A stretch of DNA of 64,000 nucleotides from a bacterium (GCA_965261595.1 CBDHDG010000006.1:672001-736000); one strand, 5' to 3'. Shown: positions 22,581-34,335, numbered from the stretch's first letter. The notes: generated by a model not told the origin, from the sequence alone. A program made the numbers and translations.

Positions 22581-22866
22581 ATCCCCCTCCCCTTCCTTCC
22601 TGTAGGGACGGGCCGCGCGGAGGCCAATCGCTTCCGGGACCCCGGTCCTCGATAACGACCCGATCGATCAAACGCCATTCCATGACAGGTTCGCGTCTTT
22701 CCCGAACTCCGGCCCGGCCCCGGGCAACCCGTTCCGCGCGGTTTTCAATATTTCACTTTTCCCAACCGGGAGGTCCGGGCGCGATTGGGAAACATTAAAT
22801 GGATGGCCGTTCGAGCGCAAGACCGGAGGCGGTCCCGTCCCGCGCCGCCCGAACCTTCAAATCCCA

Positions 22867-24360
22867 TCACGCTTGATCGAATGGAATGGCCGAATATTTC
22901 CGCGAGACCGCGTGGAGGTGCGGGCGCAGCGACTCCGCCTCGGCCACGGCCTCGGGAAGATTCTCCCGGAGCCGCCTGGCCGCCCCTTCGACGATTCGGA
23001 GCATCTCCTCCCGATCCGCCACGAGGGCGCGCCCGTCCCGGACGACCTCTTCCCCCTCGATGAAGACGCTCTCGACCGACTCTCCGTCCTCGGCGAAGGC
23101 CAGGGCGCTCACCGGGTCGAGCCAGGGCTCGAAGTTGAGCGTCCGGTCCAGGACAACGAGGTCCGCCTGCTTCCCGGTCTCGAGGGTCCCCAGCTTATCC
23201 TCCATCAACATCACCGCCGCCCCGCCCCGGGCGGCCATGCGGAGGGCCTCGAAGGGCGAGACCCCGCGCGCTGCGTCCCCGTCCCGGACGCAATGGATCA
23301 GCGCCGCGAGGCGGGCCTGATAGAAGACGCTCCCCTTGTCGCTGCTGTTCGCCCCGTCGATGCCGAGGCCGACCGGGACCCCGGCGTCCAGGAACTTCCG
23401 CACGGGGGCGATCCCGCTCCCCAGCTTGAGGTTCGAGCCGGGATTGTGCGCCACCCGGCACCCGTTCTCCGCCAGGAGCTGAACGTCCGAATCGGTGACC
23501 CAGACGGCGTGGGCGAAGGACGTCCGGGGAGTGAGATAGCCCAGGCCGTGAAGATGCTCGGGGATGGTTTTCCCATACACGCCTTGCGCGTGATGGGCCT
23601 GTGTCTTCGTCTCCAACAGATGGGTGTGAAGGGGGACATCCCGTTTTTCCGCAAGCTCCATGCACCCGAGAAGAAACCGGTCCGTGGACCGCTGGGGCGC
23701 GGACGGCCCTACCGCCCCTGTGATCCGGGAGGACCCGGCGGACTCGGCCTTATCGAGGGCGGCCTCGGCGCGCTCCAAGAGGAGCTCCGCGGAGGGGGCC
23801 GTGTCCGCTTCGAGCAGCTCGCGGAGGGGACCCGGCAAACCGGCCAAATCGATGGGCATCTCCTCGCGTCTCGTCTTGTCGGCAAGCAAGGGGCAAAGCA
23901 CCGCCCGCAATCCGGTCGCCCGGTAGGCGTCGATCACGGCGTCCAGCCGCTCGTCAACGGCGGCCGGCCCGGCCGACATGTGGTGAAGACCAGCTGTGAC
24001 GCCGTTCTCCAGCATCTCGACACAGGCGAGCGTCACGAAGGCCGTGAACTCCTCCTTGGACAAATTCAAGTACTTGACGGCGGAGACCTTGAAGGGGAGC
24101 CATGGCTCGAGGGGCAGGGAGTGGCTCAGGCTTCGCACAGCCATCTCTTCGAAGTGGCAGTGGCAATTGACCGTGCCCGGAAGGACAAGCCGCCCCCCGA
24201 GGTCCCGGACGGGCCCGGTGAAGTCCGCCGGCATTTCCAGGTTCGGCCCGACGGCCTCGATGACGCCCTCCCGGACAAGGATCGCGCCCCCTTCGATCAC
24301 CTCGTCTTCCCGGGCCAACGTGATGATGACGCCGTTTTTGAGAAAGAGGTCGCCCGCCAT
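22867..24360 (-). CDS. amidohydrolase (chlorohydrolase/deaminase-like)
   Basis: PGTVNCHCH, HTHLLE, AHAVW, HNPGSNLKLGSG, GIDG. Confidence 0.9.
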   Translation of the reverse strand: MAGDLFLKNGVIITLAREDEVIEGGAILVREGVIEAVGPNLEMPADFTGPVRDLGGRLVLPGTVNCHCHFEEMAVRSLSHSLPLEPWLPFKVSAVKYLNLSKEEFTAFVTLACVEMLENGVTAGLHHMSAGPAAVDERLDAVIDAYRATGLRAVLCPLLADKTRREEMPIDLAGLPGPLRELLEADTAPSAELLLERAEAALDKAESAGSSRITGAVGPSAPQRSTDRFLLGCMELAEKRDVPLHTHLLETKTQAHHAQGVYGKTIPEHLHGLGYLTPRTSFAHAVWVTDSDVQLLAENGCRVAHNPGSNLKLGSGIAPVRKFLDAGVPVGLGIDGANSSDKGSVFYQARLAALIHCVRDGDAARGVSPFEALRMAARGGAAVMLMEDKLGTLETGKQADLVVLDRTLNFEPWLDPVSALAFAEDGESVESVFIEGEEVVRDGRALVADREEMLRIVEGAARRLRENLPEAVAEAESLRPHLHAVSRKYSAIPFDQA

Positions 24361-24530
24361 TTTACGCCTCCCGAAGGGGTTCACAGTGTGATTGCGAAGA
24401 GAGTCGGATGGAACGTCAAGCCCCGATTCTGACCTTCCCCCCCTTGGGTTGTCAAACGATCCGCCAAGATGCCGCCGCCCGAAGATTCGGTCCCGCGGCG
24501 CCCCCTCAGGACGGCCCCCTTTAAGATCGA

Positions 24531-25991
24531 TCAATCCTCCGTTTGGGGGTTGTCCGGTTCCTTCGTTTCGGGCTTTGGCTTGAGGACGCGTAGGCCGACG
24601 AGGAGGTCCACGACCTGGCGGCGGTGGAAGGCCAGGAAGATCAACAAGGCCCCGGCCAGGACGCCGCACCCGGCGAGCCGTCCCGCCCAGCACGGGCGCC
24701 CAAAGCGGCGGCCAAACCCCCGCCCGGCGGCGCACGAACCAGGGGGCGAGCAACAGGATCACCCCCTCGCTCGCCACCGTCGCCCACGCCGCGCCCTGCC
24801 CGCCCCAGCGGGGAATCCAAAGCAGGTTGAGGACGACCTTGAGCCCGGCGGCGACGATGCGGCTGGTCAAAAACCCCGGCCCCTGGATCCCGACGGCCAC
24901 CATCGCGTGGGCGAAGGCATTGTTGAGGTAAATGAGGAACGCGGCGACGGCCAGGATTCTCAGGATCCCGACCGCCTCGGTGAACCGGGGACTGATGAGG
25001 TGGTAAATGAGGTCGGGCGCCAGGACCACCATCGCCCCGCCCGCCAGCGCGCCCAGGAGCGCCATGTAACTGATCGTTTGGCGGTAGACGTAGCCGAAGG
25101 CGGCCCCTCCCCTTCCCCCCCCCCTCCCCCCCCCTCCCCCCCGGGCTGGGTCCATCGCTCGGCCAGCAGGGGGGCCAGCGAGCTCATCATCAGGCCCGAG
25201 CCCAGGAGCGCCATATCGATGAAGCGGTGCGCCGCCGCGTACTGGCCGACCGCCTCCGATCCCTGGAGCCGGTCCAGCATGAGCTGGTCGACCTTGAAGT
25301 AGACGATCCACAAAATCCCGGTGAGGCCGACCACGGCCGACTCGCGCAGGATGAACCGGGTCCGTTCCCGGTCCCAGGTCCACACGAACGGCGCAAACGC
25401 TCTCCAGCGCAGGTAAAGCAGCGCGGCGCGCGGGACGCGCACGAACAGGTGGGCGACGATGAGCCATTCCAGCGGCCAGCCCGCGGCCTGTCCGGTCAGG
25501 ACGATCCCCAGGGTCAGGAGCTGAGAGCAGACCGAGGCGATGGCCACGCTGCCCCCGCGCAGGCGGGCCTTGTGGGCGATCTCGAAGGTGTCGAACGCGG
25601 CGACGAAATGGGTGAGGAGCAGGGCGATCACGGCCCCGGTGTAGGCGGGCGGAAATCCCCGGGACAGGATGTAGAGCGTCCCGACCCCGACGGCCCCTGC
25701 GGCGAAGAGCAGCTTGAGGACGATCCCGGCGGTGAGCAGGGCGTTGGCGTGTTTTTCGTCCTTGGCGAGATCCCGGATGAGGATGGTGTCGAACCCGAAG
25801 TTGACGAGAACGCCGGTGAAGCTCAGGAAGACGAACGCCAGGGCGTACTGTCCGTACCCGGCGACGCCCAGGTGCCGGGCAAGGGCGCGGGCGATAAAGA
25901 TCCCGATCAGGGCGTTGACGACCACCCCGAGGGTGAGAAAAGACGTGCTCGCGAAAATCCGGGTCTTGGCCCCGACGGGGTCTCGGTTCAA
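24531..25991 (-). CDS. polysaccharide flippase (Wzx/RfbX-like), frameshifted
   Basis: ARHLG..GYGQY, YFKVDQLML..VGQYAAA, LNLLWIPRWG..GAAWATVASE; breaks at the poly-C tract 25104-25142 and again near 24700. Confidence 0.8.
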
Positions 25992-26117
25992 CGGCCGGTC
26001 ATCCTCAGCGTGGAGAATGGCGGAAATCCCGGGGCCGATGCCGTCCGCCTCGAACGCGGCGCCGGGATAGAGGCGGGAACCCCAATATACGGTGTTCGCG
26101 ACCCATTGCCCACCGCC

Positions 26118-27017
26118 TCAAGCCAAGATCACCCAAGCGCCGCCGCCCACGGTGAGAAGGCCGCCGAAGATCACCCTGCGCGACACCCGCTCCAACCGCC
26201 GGAGCATGAGAACGGAGAACAGGATGACAAACAGGGGCGAGGTCTGGACCAGTGTAAATACGATCGGGACCTGCCCGAGGCTGACCGCATAGAAAACGCT
26301 GTACAAAGCCACCATGGCCGTCAGCCCCGCCGGCGCGATCCAAGGCCATGCGCGGCGCGCGTCGAAGCGGAACCGGTTCTCCCGGGGAAAAAGGAAGGCC
26401 AGGAGCGGGTAGAAGAGCAGGCCCTCCGTGACCCCCACCCAGGCCCCGAGGAGGGGAGAGGGCACATGCGTCATGCTGATCTTGAAAATGTTCGATGCAA
26501 TCCCGCCGGACACCCCGGCAAGGAGCGGGAAGACGGCGCCGATCCCCCCTCCCCAAGCGGAAAGTTTCCCCGGAGCGGCCGGGCGCTTTTCGGGTTTCTC
26601 GGCAGAGATCGTGATGATCCCTGTCATGGCCAAGCCGATTCCCAGGTAGTGAACCGGCGTCAACCGCTCGCCCATGACAACCACGGCGAAGGCGGTCGCG
26701 AAGATCGGGCCCGACCCCTTGATGGGCGCCGAGCGGGCGACGCCGATCCGCTGGATGCCGAGCAGATAGAAGGTCAAAAAAAGAACGGGGTTCAAAAAAC
26801 CCGCCAGGGCGAACCAGAGAAAGCCGGTGAGCGTGAGGGCGGAAAACAGGCCCCCCGCCAGCGCCAGGGCCGTAAAGCCCACCCACTCCACCGCCGCCGT
26901 GGCGATGCACGCCGAGATCGGCGTGGCGAACCGCAACGCGTTTCTGAGGCAGATATCGCTCAGGGCGTAGAACAGGGCCGCGATAAGGGCGGCGAGGATC
27001 GCGGGGGTGGGAGTCAT
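26118..27017 (-). CDS. EamA/DMT family transporter
   Basis: About 10 TM helices; two repeats ending GERLT / RLERVS. Confidence 0.85.
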   Translation of the reverse strand: MTPTPAILAALIAALFYALSDICLRNALRFATPISACIATAAVEWVGFTALALAGGLFSALTLTGFLWFALAGFLNPVLFLTFYLLGIQRIGVARSAPIKGSGPIFATAFAVVVMGERLTPVHYLGIGLAMTGIITISAEKPEKRPAAPGKLSAWGGGIGAVFPLLAGVSGGIASNIFKISMTHVPSPLLGAWVGVTEGLLFYPLLAFLFPRENRFRFDARRAWPWIAPAGLTAMVALYSVFYAVSLGQVPIVFTLVQTSPLFVILFSVLMLRRLERVSRRVIFGGLLTVGGGAWVILA

Positions 27018-27297
27018 GAATCACTCGAACGCCGCGGCGCGGCGGAAAGGGGTGGAGCGTTCTCCGGTGACGGAAAACGCCCGAATCGGTTCTTGTCGCC
27101 GGCTGATGGGTTGGCCGAACGGCCTTGAACCGGCCCCAGAGGTCTCCAGGCACGGTATCGAATGGAGGGAAATTTTGTCAAGCGCCGATTTCGCAAGTGA
27201 AACGACATCTTCCTCAAGGGGTTTTGCGATTACTCTTCCTTTGAGATAATGTCCGTGAAGGAAGGGAAAGGGGTGCAGATGGGCGATTTGCGTCGTA

Positions 27298-27322
27298 ACC
27301 TGATCATTCAAGACCTAACCCC
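27298..27322. repeat. left 25-bp inverted repeat (pairs with 33878-33902)
   Basis: ACCTGATCATTCAAGACCTAACCCC vs reverse complement ACCTGATAATTCAAGACCTGACCCC, 23/25 identical. Confidence 0.7.
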
Positions 27323-27382
27323 CTTTATTTCCTGAACTAGGTTCTTGAGGCCCAACCAATGCCTCGCGAGAACACGTATAAA

Positions 27383-30300
27383 CCCGCATTTCCCATATGG
27401 ATGATAATTTTTAACGCCCCGAAGGCCGTTTTCTCGTGTAAAATCAAGGTGTTGGCCTCTCCCTGCCATCATCTTGCGAGGGGACCCGATGGGTGAAGCG
27501 AAAAAGAGGCCGTTGAGGCTCCAATTCGACGGTCGGCTCAGGCTGGAGTTTCACGGAGCAAAGGTTACGAGTGACGCCGGTTTGCTTGCCTATCGTGAAC
27601 TGGATGAGGTGTTGGGGCTGACGAAGGCGGCCGAGGGGTTTCTGTCCGATTCACGGACGGGCGGGAACACCCGGCACAGCCTCACCGCTTTGGTGCGCCA
27701 GTCGGTCTACAGCCGCCTGGCAGGATATAAAGACACCAATGATGCCGAGCGGCTCTGTGTCGATCCCGCCATGCGTCAGGTGGTTGGGGGGCGAGCGAAG
27801 TATCACACCGCTGCCTCCACCAGCCAGATGAGCCGATTCGAGACGCAGACCCTCACCCGGCCCCTTAACCCCTCAAGGCGCTGAGCGGTCTGCCCGGTGT
27901 GTTGGTGGATCGTGTCCGCAAACGCAAGCCGATTCGCAAGCTGATCCTGGACATGGACAGTTCGGTCAGCCCGACCCACGGTGAGCAGGAAGGCTCTTCC
28001 TACAACGGCCACTTCGGCTGCACCTGCTATCACCCACTGTTTTGCTTCAACTGGACCGCCCCTGGGTTATTGGACACTCGGGTGAGGGTATTCGACCTCA
28101 TGCGGCCTCCGCAACTTGAGCGAGTTTTTCCTGCCTTGCCTGGGCCGGCGTTCGGTAGCCGTAGCCCTCGAGAATCCAATGATGGTTGTACAGGTTCTTG
28201 AACTCAAGCAGCGCCCACCGCAGTTCCTCTACGGTGGCGAAAGAGCGCACCCACAGGAGATTCTCCTTCAAGATGCGGATGAACCACTCACAGTAGCCAT
28301 TTCCCTCGGGCGCCCGCACGAAGCTGGGCGAACTGGTCATGCCCAGGTAGGCGATCTCCCGCTGAAAGTCATCGGACAGATAGGCGGGGCCGTGGTCGTG
28401 ACGAACTTTAAGCCCCTCGGCGACGTCCGCCTCCAAGCCGGCGAAGCGCTCGGCGACCCCCTGCCGGATCGGCTCCAGGGCCTCGAAGCGGTTGCCGCTC
28501 TTGGCCGCATGGATCCCCACGCAGTCCACCGAGCAGTGATCCACCGCCACGAACACCGAGGCCATCCCCTCCTCGGTGGTCACCGTCGTCGTCATGTCCG
28601 TGCCCCACATTCGGTCGGGCCGCTCGGTGCGGATGGTCCCGTTGTGGGCCTTGGGACCTCGGGGTTTGCCCACCCGGTGGGGGGCCTGAAGCCCCGCCTC
28701 CCGCATCAGGCGACGCACCCGCTCCTTGCTGGTGCGGATGCCCGCGAAGCGCAGCCTCGCCCACACCTTGCGGTAGCCCTCGCCATGGAAGGGAGAGTCC
28801 TCCAGGACCTGCCGGATGTGGCCGAGGAGTTCCGCATCGGTGCACGGGCCCACAGGGCCGCGCTTATTGGGCGTGGGGCGTTCATGAACGGGGACCGCCT
28901 CTCGCCGCCGTTGCGCGTAGACCGTGGAGCGCGCCAAGCCCCAAAGGGCGCACACCCGCTTCAGGCCGTAGGCTCTGCCCGTGGAGGTGAAGCGGGCCTG
29001 ACTCATCGCCTCCACCTCCTGCCGGCTAAAGGGCGGCCGGCCTCCAGGCGGTCGATCTTCTCCCGCAGGACCTCGCCCTCCATCGTGAGTTCGCCCACCT
29101 TGGCCTTGAGCCGGGCGTTCTCCTCGTCCCGCTCATCCGCCGGGCGGGCTTTGAGCGCCGCCTCGCCCCCGCGAAGGAACGCCTCGCGCCAGGCGGAAAG
29201 CCGAGCCGCTGTCGTGCCCAACTCGCGGCAGAGCGTCTCCAGGCTCTCGCCCCGCAAAAGACGCAGGACCGCCTCCCGCTTGCGCTGGCAGGAGAACCGA
29301 CCCCGCTCACTGCGATGCCCTGGGGCCTTGGCTCCGTTCGCCCTGCGGGCGCCCTCCGCCAAAGCCCCCTCTTGCTTTTGTTCGTTCATCGCGACACCCC
29401 TTTCTCCATGAATCATGGATCAATCGAGTGTCCAACAAAACCCTAGAGCGGGGGACAACCAGTTTGGCGATCTGGAGCGGGCGCTGTTGCGCAACGGCAA
29501 GGTCCACAGCGCTGATGACTGGTGGTCTGTATTGGAGCCGGTGGTAGCTCGCTACCGGGATGCGAAGGTCTGTCGGTTTTTTCGAGGCGACGCGGCATTT
29601 GCCAAGCCGGAGGTGTACCGATACCTTGAGGCGGAGGGCTACTCCTATGCGATTCGGCTTCCGGCCAACGCCATCTTGTACAGGGACATCGAATACCTTC
29701 TGACCCGGCCGGTTGGCCGACCGCCCAAAAGGCCCATTATCTTCTACCACAGCGTCTCCTATCAGGCGGCTAGTTGGGAGAAGCCTCGCCGGGTGGTGGT
29801 GGCGGTCGAGTGGCACCAGGGCGAGTTGTTTCCAAGAGTCAGCTTCATCGTGACCAACCTGCACTGGCGGGAAGAGAACGTCGTGAGGTTCTACAACCAG
29901 CGTGGGACGGCGGAGCAGTGGATCAAGGAGGGCAAGTACGCCCTGAACTGGACGCGCCTGTCCTGCCACGGCTTTGAAGAGAACCAGGTTCGCTTGCAAC
30001 TATTTGCCTTGGCGTACAACCTGGCAAACTTCCTGCGGCGGCTGGCGTTGCCCAGAGCGGTGAAGCACTGGTCGCTGACGACGTTACGCGAGAAGCTGAT
30101 TAAGATTGGGGCCAAGGTGGTCACCCACGCCCGGCACACCACCTTCCAGATGGCCGAGGTGGCCGTGCCGCGTCAACTGTTCAGGGCAATCCTTGAACGA
30201 ATTCGACGGTTGTGGTTACCGCCTCCCGTACCAGATACCGGATGACGGAGCAGATGGCCCGGAAGCTTAGTGACGTGGTGGAGACGGGGGATCAGTCTGT

Positions 30301-31094
30301 GCCGAACTCCCCTGAGTGTGCCGGTATAGCTGGGTTTTCAAGGGATTGCGGCTTTAGGACGGCCGTTGCCCCTCGATTGAGCAGAGGGTTCTGCAAAGAG
30401 ACCCTGAATCTGTAGTAAAATGGGGTACTTTGATGACACAGGAGGACCGCAGGATGGCTAAGAGTGGTCATCTGGGAAATCCCGGTTTAAATCAAGACAA
30501 CTCTTGTGTTGACCACCCGTTGCTCTTTAACTCAATTAGAGCCCTCTTTACCGGGGCTGTCAACACCATTTCGGGCGCCTGAAACCCTGATCGGAGCGGT
30601 ATCCGCCATTGGAAAACCATGTCAGCGCCGGCGTGTAAACGGGCTTGACCACCAGGTTTGGAGTCTTCGTCATTTTGCCCTTGTGTGGACTCCGCTTAGG
30701 GTCGCTAGACAGGCACCGGGCATCATCGCTTGATTCTCTCCAAGATAAGGGCAAATGTCTTCCTGGATACACCGACCTCGGCCAACTGGAAGGTGATGTG
30801 GCGGGCGTACCGCACGAGCCGGCCGCCCATTTTGAGGAGCTTAAGCTGAAGGCCGCGTAACGACCAGTGCTTGATCCCTCTCGGCAGGCCAGCAATCCCG
30901 CATCCGAAGTCATTCTGGTTCCGTGAAACTCAAGCCTCAGCCGACGCTCAAAACGGACCTTCAACGCCCACTTTTTCGCTTCACCCATTGGATTACCCCG
31001 CGAGAGGATGGCTCGGGGAGGCTCATGCATTGATTTTACTCCAGAAAATGTCCTCCGGTCCGACAAAAGTTATGATCCATATGGGATATCTGGG
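27383..31094 (+). mobile_element. composite IS1380 unit copy 2, interrupted by IS3-like A
   Basis: Near-identical to 11607-13908; 5-bp TSD ATAAA; +2 frameshift near 27870. Confidence 0.9.
28052..29455 (-). mobile_element. IS3-like element A inserted in IS1380 transposase
   Basis: 4-bp TSD CAAC. Confidence 0.95.
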
Positions 31095-31464
31095 ATAAAG
31101 AGCGTTGCTTCCGCCTCTGGCTCGCCGAGAAGTCCGTCCGTGAAATGTGGAATGAAATGAGGCGGGAAATCTTGGAAAGCTCCATTCGAAGTTGGGTCAC
31201 GGATTGGGAGAGGGGCAAACAAGGAAGCTGGATCCCAAAGACCAAAGAGCATGGCTCAGAGGCTATAGCCGTAACCCTGATTTTCGCATACGGCTCAAAT
31301 CTCGACTGTGCACAGATGCGGGGCCGCTGTCCATCAGCTAGGTTTCATTGCATTGCGAAGCTCAAGGATCACCGGCTCGCGTTTCCCCGGAAATCCAAGA
31401 AAAGGAATCGTGATTATATACTTGACAAAGTGAGCCACAATATGTATATTTAGAGCATGAACAA

Positions 31465-31620
31465 TTACTCAACAACCTTATCCTTCTCGGACCTATCGGC
31501 AACAACTTTGTCGACCTCTTCCATGACTTCTTTTCCAAAAATGCACTCCATGAGGTCATGGTTGTCTTTCTCCAGAACGTCATCCGGCAATGTCTTTTTC
31601 TTGGGAGATTTTTGATCCAT
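31465..31620 (-). CDS. 51-aa small protein antisense in the IS1595 leader
   Basis: MDQKSPKKK..LMECIFGKEVMEEVD; homologous to 10910-11068. Confidence 0.6.
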   Translation of the reverse strand: MDQKSPKKKTLPDDVLEKDNHDLMECIFGKEVMEEVDKVVADRSEKDKVVE

Positions 31621-32506
31621 GGAAAACCTCATATCCTTGATTGACAAATTCAACTGCGATGACAAATGCCGTGAGGCTCTTGAGGCAATACGCTGGCCCG
31701 CTGGCGTTTGGTGCACCCGTTGTGGCGACCTAAACGTACTTGAACTGACCAAGCATAATAGGTGGGAATGTAAATCATGCGGCTACCAGTTCAGCGTTAC
31801 GGCTGGAACCATTATGCACGATTCCCACCTCCCGTTGCGCAAGTGGTTTATCGCTATCTACCTCATGTGTGAGTCCAAAAAGGGCATTTCCGCCAACCAA
31901 ATGAAGCGGACGCTTGGCGTTTCCTACAAAACGGCTTGGTATCTCTGCCACCGAATCCGCCAAGCGATGGGAAACGATCCCTTTGAAGGCCCTACGCTTG
32001 TTGGAATCGTAGAAGTCGACGAAACACTTGTAGGTGGCAAGGTGAAGGGCAAAGGCCACGCTTACAAGGGCAACAAGGCGTGGGTTGCAGGAGCCATCCA
32101 GCGCGATGGGAAAGTTCGCATTGAGCGCATCCCCAACATCAAGCGTGGCACCCTCCATGATTTCATCAAGCGCAACGTGAAAGACGAGGCAGAAGCCATA
32201 TATACCGATGAATTGCGCTCTTATATCGGCATTGCAGATCACGACACGCGCCATGAAACCGTGCGGCATTCCGAAGAAGAATGGGTTGTGGGAGACGTTC
32301 ATACGAACAGCATAGAAGGCGTCTGGAGCCTGTTCAAGCGTTCTCTTATGGGCGCGTTTCACAAAATGAGCATCAAGCATATGGACAAATATCTTGAGGA
32401 ACTGGAATGGAGATACAACAACCGCAATAACCCCCATATTTTCAGGGATACGCTGGCTAGAATTATGGGAACCAAGCATCTTACTTACCGGGAGTTGGTG
32501 GCTTAA
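31619..32506 (+). CDS. IS1595 family transposase
   Basis: Zn ribbon, VEVDETLVGG, YTDE, HTNSIEGVWS. Confidence 0.95.
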   Translation: MENLISLIDKFNCDDKCREALEAIRWPAGVWCTRCGDLNVLELTKHNRWECKSCGYQFSVTAGTIMHDSHLPLRKWFIAIYLMCESKKGISANQMKRTLGVSYKTAWYLCHRIRQAMGNDPFEGPTLVGIVEVDETLVGGKVKGKGHAYKGNKAWVAGAIQRDGKVRIERIPNIKRGTLHDFIKRNVKDEAEAIYTDELRSYIGIADHDTRHETVRHSEEEWVVGDVHTNSIEGVWSLFKRSLMGAFHKMSIKHMDKYLEELEWRYNNRNNPHIFRDTLARIMGTKHLTYRELVA

Positions 32507-33459
32507 AGAGTTCATCTTGTTTAGATGGTGGAATGACATCTTTAATTTCTACAACATAATAACTTTCCACACCTGTCGGATCATTATTTTCATCGACTTC
32601 AACTTCAAGTCTCAAGATCACATCTAGAAAACTTCCCACAGGAAGAGGGATATTCCCTTTTTGGAATTCCTCAAGCCATATGACATCTTCTATTTTTGCT
32701 TCTATTTGTCTACTTAAAATGAATGACCACTTTTGAGTCTCCCAGGAGATCAGGTTTTTTGACTTTCAATTTTGTGGGAAAGGTAGTTTTGTGAACACGA
32801 GGTTGCACTTCAAGAGAATCTACGTCCATATAGTTTATTTTTTTCCCCTCCTCAGACGTAATTTCCTCGATAATTTGTTCGTCTTGCTCAAATTGCAACT
32901 TATCGTACCCCTCCTTTGTAAGGGGATTTACAACATCTTTTGCGTTCTTCAGGACTTCCTCATCACCCATCATAATGAACGTATTATTGTTGACGGTTAT
33001 ATTTGAGTTGTCGCCAGAATTAGTAATTCTGACGGTATCACCGTCTTCCTTAATGTCCATCTCATTGAAAGAAACACTCTGATTTACAATCCATTTATAA
33101 AGACGAAAAAGACCTACTGAAGATGCACCTATAATACCGACCCACTCTGCGATGTCTTTGGCTGTAGCAATTTTTTCGCTGGATAAAAGCAAAGTCAGAT
33201 GCTGGATAATGCTTTGAGTTATTTGAATATCAAATTGAAAGCACTTTTGCTCAGAATCAACATTAACTAGAACTTTGACTGATGACCTATCGCCATTGAA
33301 TTTTCTATTGGCGATCTTCACAATTTCCGACAAGCCCAATAGAGCAGGAGCAAGATCGGCAACATCCATAGAATGCTCAGCTAAGGCAGGGCCATCATAT
33401 CGAACCGTTGTAGACACTTTAGACATTTGACTCAGTGCCTCTTTGTCTTGATTTTCCAT
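32503..33459 (-). CDS. low-GC passenger hypothetical protein (frameshifted near 32730 and 32645)
   Basis: YDGPALAEHSMDVADLAPALL...; reading continues in shifted frames toward the tnp stop; own promoter TTGACA-N17-TAATAT in the right IR; 3' end approximate. Confidence 0.7.
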
Positions 33460-33848
33460 GGCACTGAATATTACATCTTGCGCTACTCTTTGTCAAGTAT
33501 ATAATCACGAAAGGAATTGCGGGGTAGCAGCGCCCGTTCCAGATAAAGGCCGGAGTGTATGGGGCGTCGTTTATGAAATCGAAGAGGTAGACCTTTCTGC
33601 CCTGGACAAATGCGAAGGGTATTATCCAGAACGCAAAGAACGCTTGAATGCTTACAACAGAAGGAGCGGTCAGATCTTCGAGAAGGGGGACGAGCAACGA
33701 CCCCTCATAGCCTGGATTTATTTCGCTGTAGAGCAATCAAGTCCACCACCTCCTAGTTCGGAATACGCTACCCTTATCCTGGGTGGGGGAAGGTTCTGGG
33801 GGCTTCCCGAAGACTACATCAATGAGCTTGAGCAGATCGAGGTCATGT

Positions 33849-33902
33849 GAGAAGATGGGTTCAGGTCTTGAGAAGATGGGGTCAGGTCTTGAATTATCAG
33901 GT
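33849..33902. repeat. 21-bp tandem duplication plus right 25-bp inverted repeat
   Basis: GAGAAGATGGG(T/G)TCAGGTCTT x2, then GAATTATCAGGT. Confidence 0.7.
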
Positions 33903-34085
33903 CAGGTGTAAGTGGCATCAAACTTCATTTTGTCCTCCGACAACTCCACCAAAACCGATGAAGGTTCCCTGTCGAACCGTAGGCGATGGCCTGCCTCTCC
34001 CAGATTGTCCCTGGATTCCTTCAAACCCCTGAATTCCGCTTGATTTCCACTCTCCCGGACCCCTATTGAACGAAAGACAAGGCGG

Positions 34086-34335
34086 TCCGCAGATTCCGCA
34101 GATTGAACTGGGCAAATATTAAGGGCGCGAGGCGAGATTCCTCGTCGGGGCAAGCCCCTCTGTCGGAATGACAACCAGAGGTGTCCATCATGCATTTTCC
34201 GGAATCTGTGTAATCTGTGGATCAGAAAGATCTTTGAAAAGAAGGCGAGATACCTCGTCGGGAAAGGCCCTTCTGTCTGAATAACAATGAGAAGTGTTTT
34301 TCATCGTTTTTTCGCAATCTGCGTAATCTGCGGAT
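34086..34335. repeat. cluster of short REP-like repeats
   Basis: TCCGCAGATTCCGCAGATT; AATCTG(T/C)GTAATCTG(T/C)GGAT x2; GAGAT(T/A)CCTCGTCGGG...GAAT(G/A)ACA x2. Confidence 0.6.

Larger units (their letters stand above)
31409..33509 (+). mobile_element. IS1595-family element 2 (complete, with passenger)
   Basis: 22-bp IRs CGTGATTATATACTTGACAAAG; 8-bp TSD AAAGGAAT. Confidence 0.95.
31145..33850 (+). pseudogene. gamma-glutamylcyclotransferase family gene split by IS1595 element 2
   Basis: IFAYGSNL...RLAFPRKSKKRN | CGVA...VWGVVYEI..LDKCEGY rejoin in frame; start uncertain. Confidence 0.85.

Noticed and set aside
25104..25142. Poly-C/poly-G tract inside the flippase (G-quadruplex or phase-variation site)
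   Set aside because: It replaces normal coding sequence and breaks the frame; it looks like a low-quality consensus
22867..25467. 866-aa flippase-amidohydrolase fusion ORF
   Set aside because: Artefact of frameshifts; the amidohydrolase has its own RBS and ATG at 24360
33849..34335. Possible CRISPR array
   Set aside because: No regular repeat-spacer period and no cas genes
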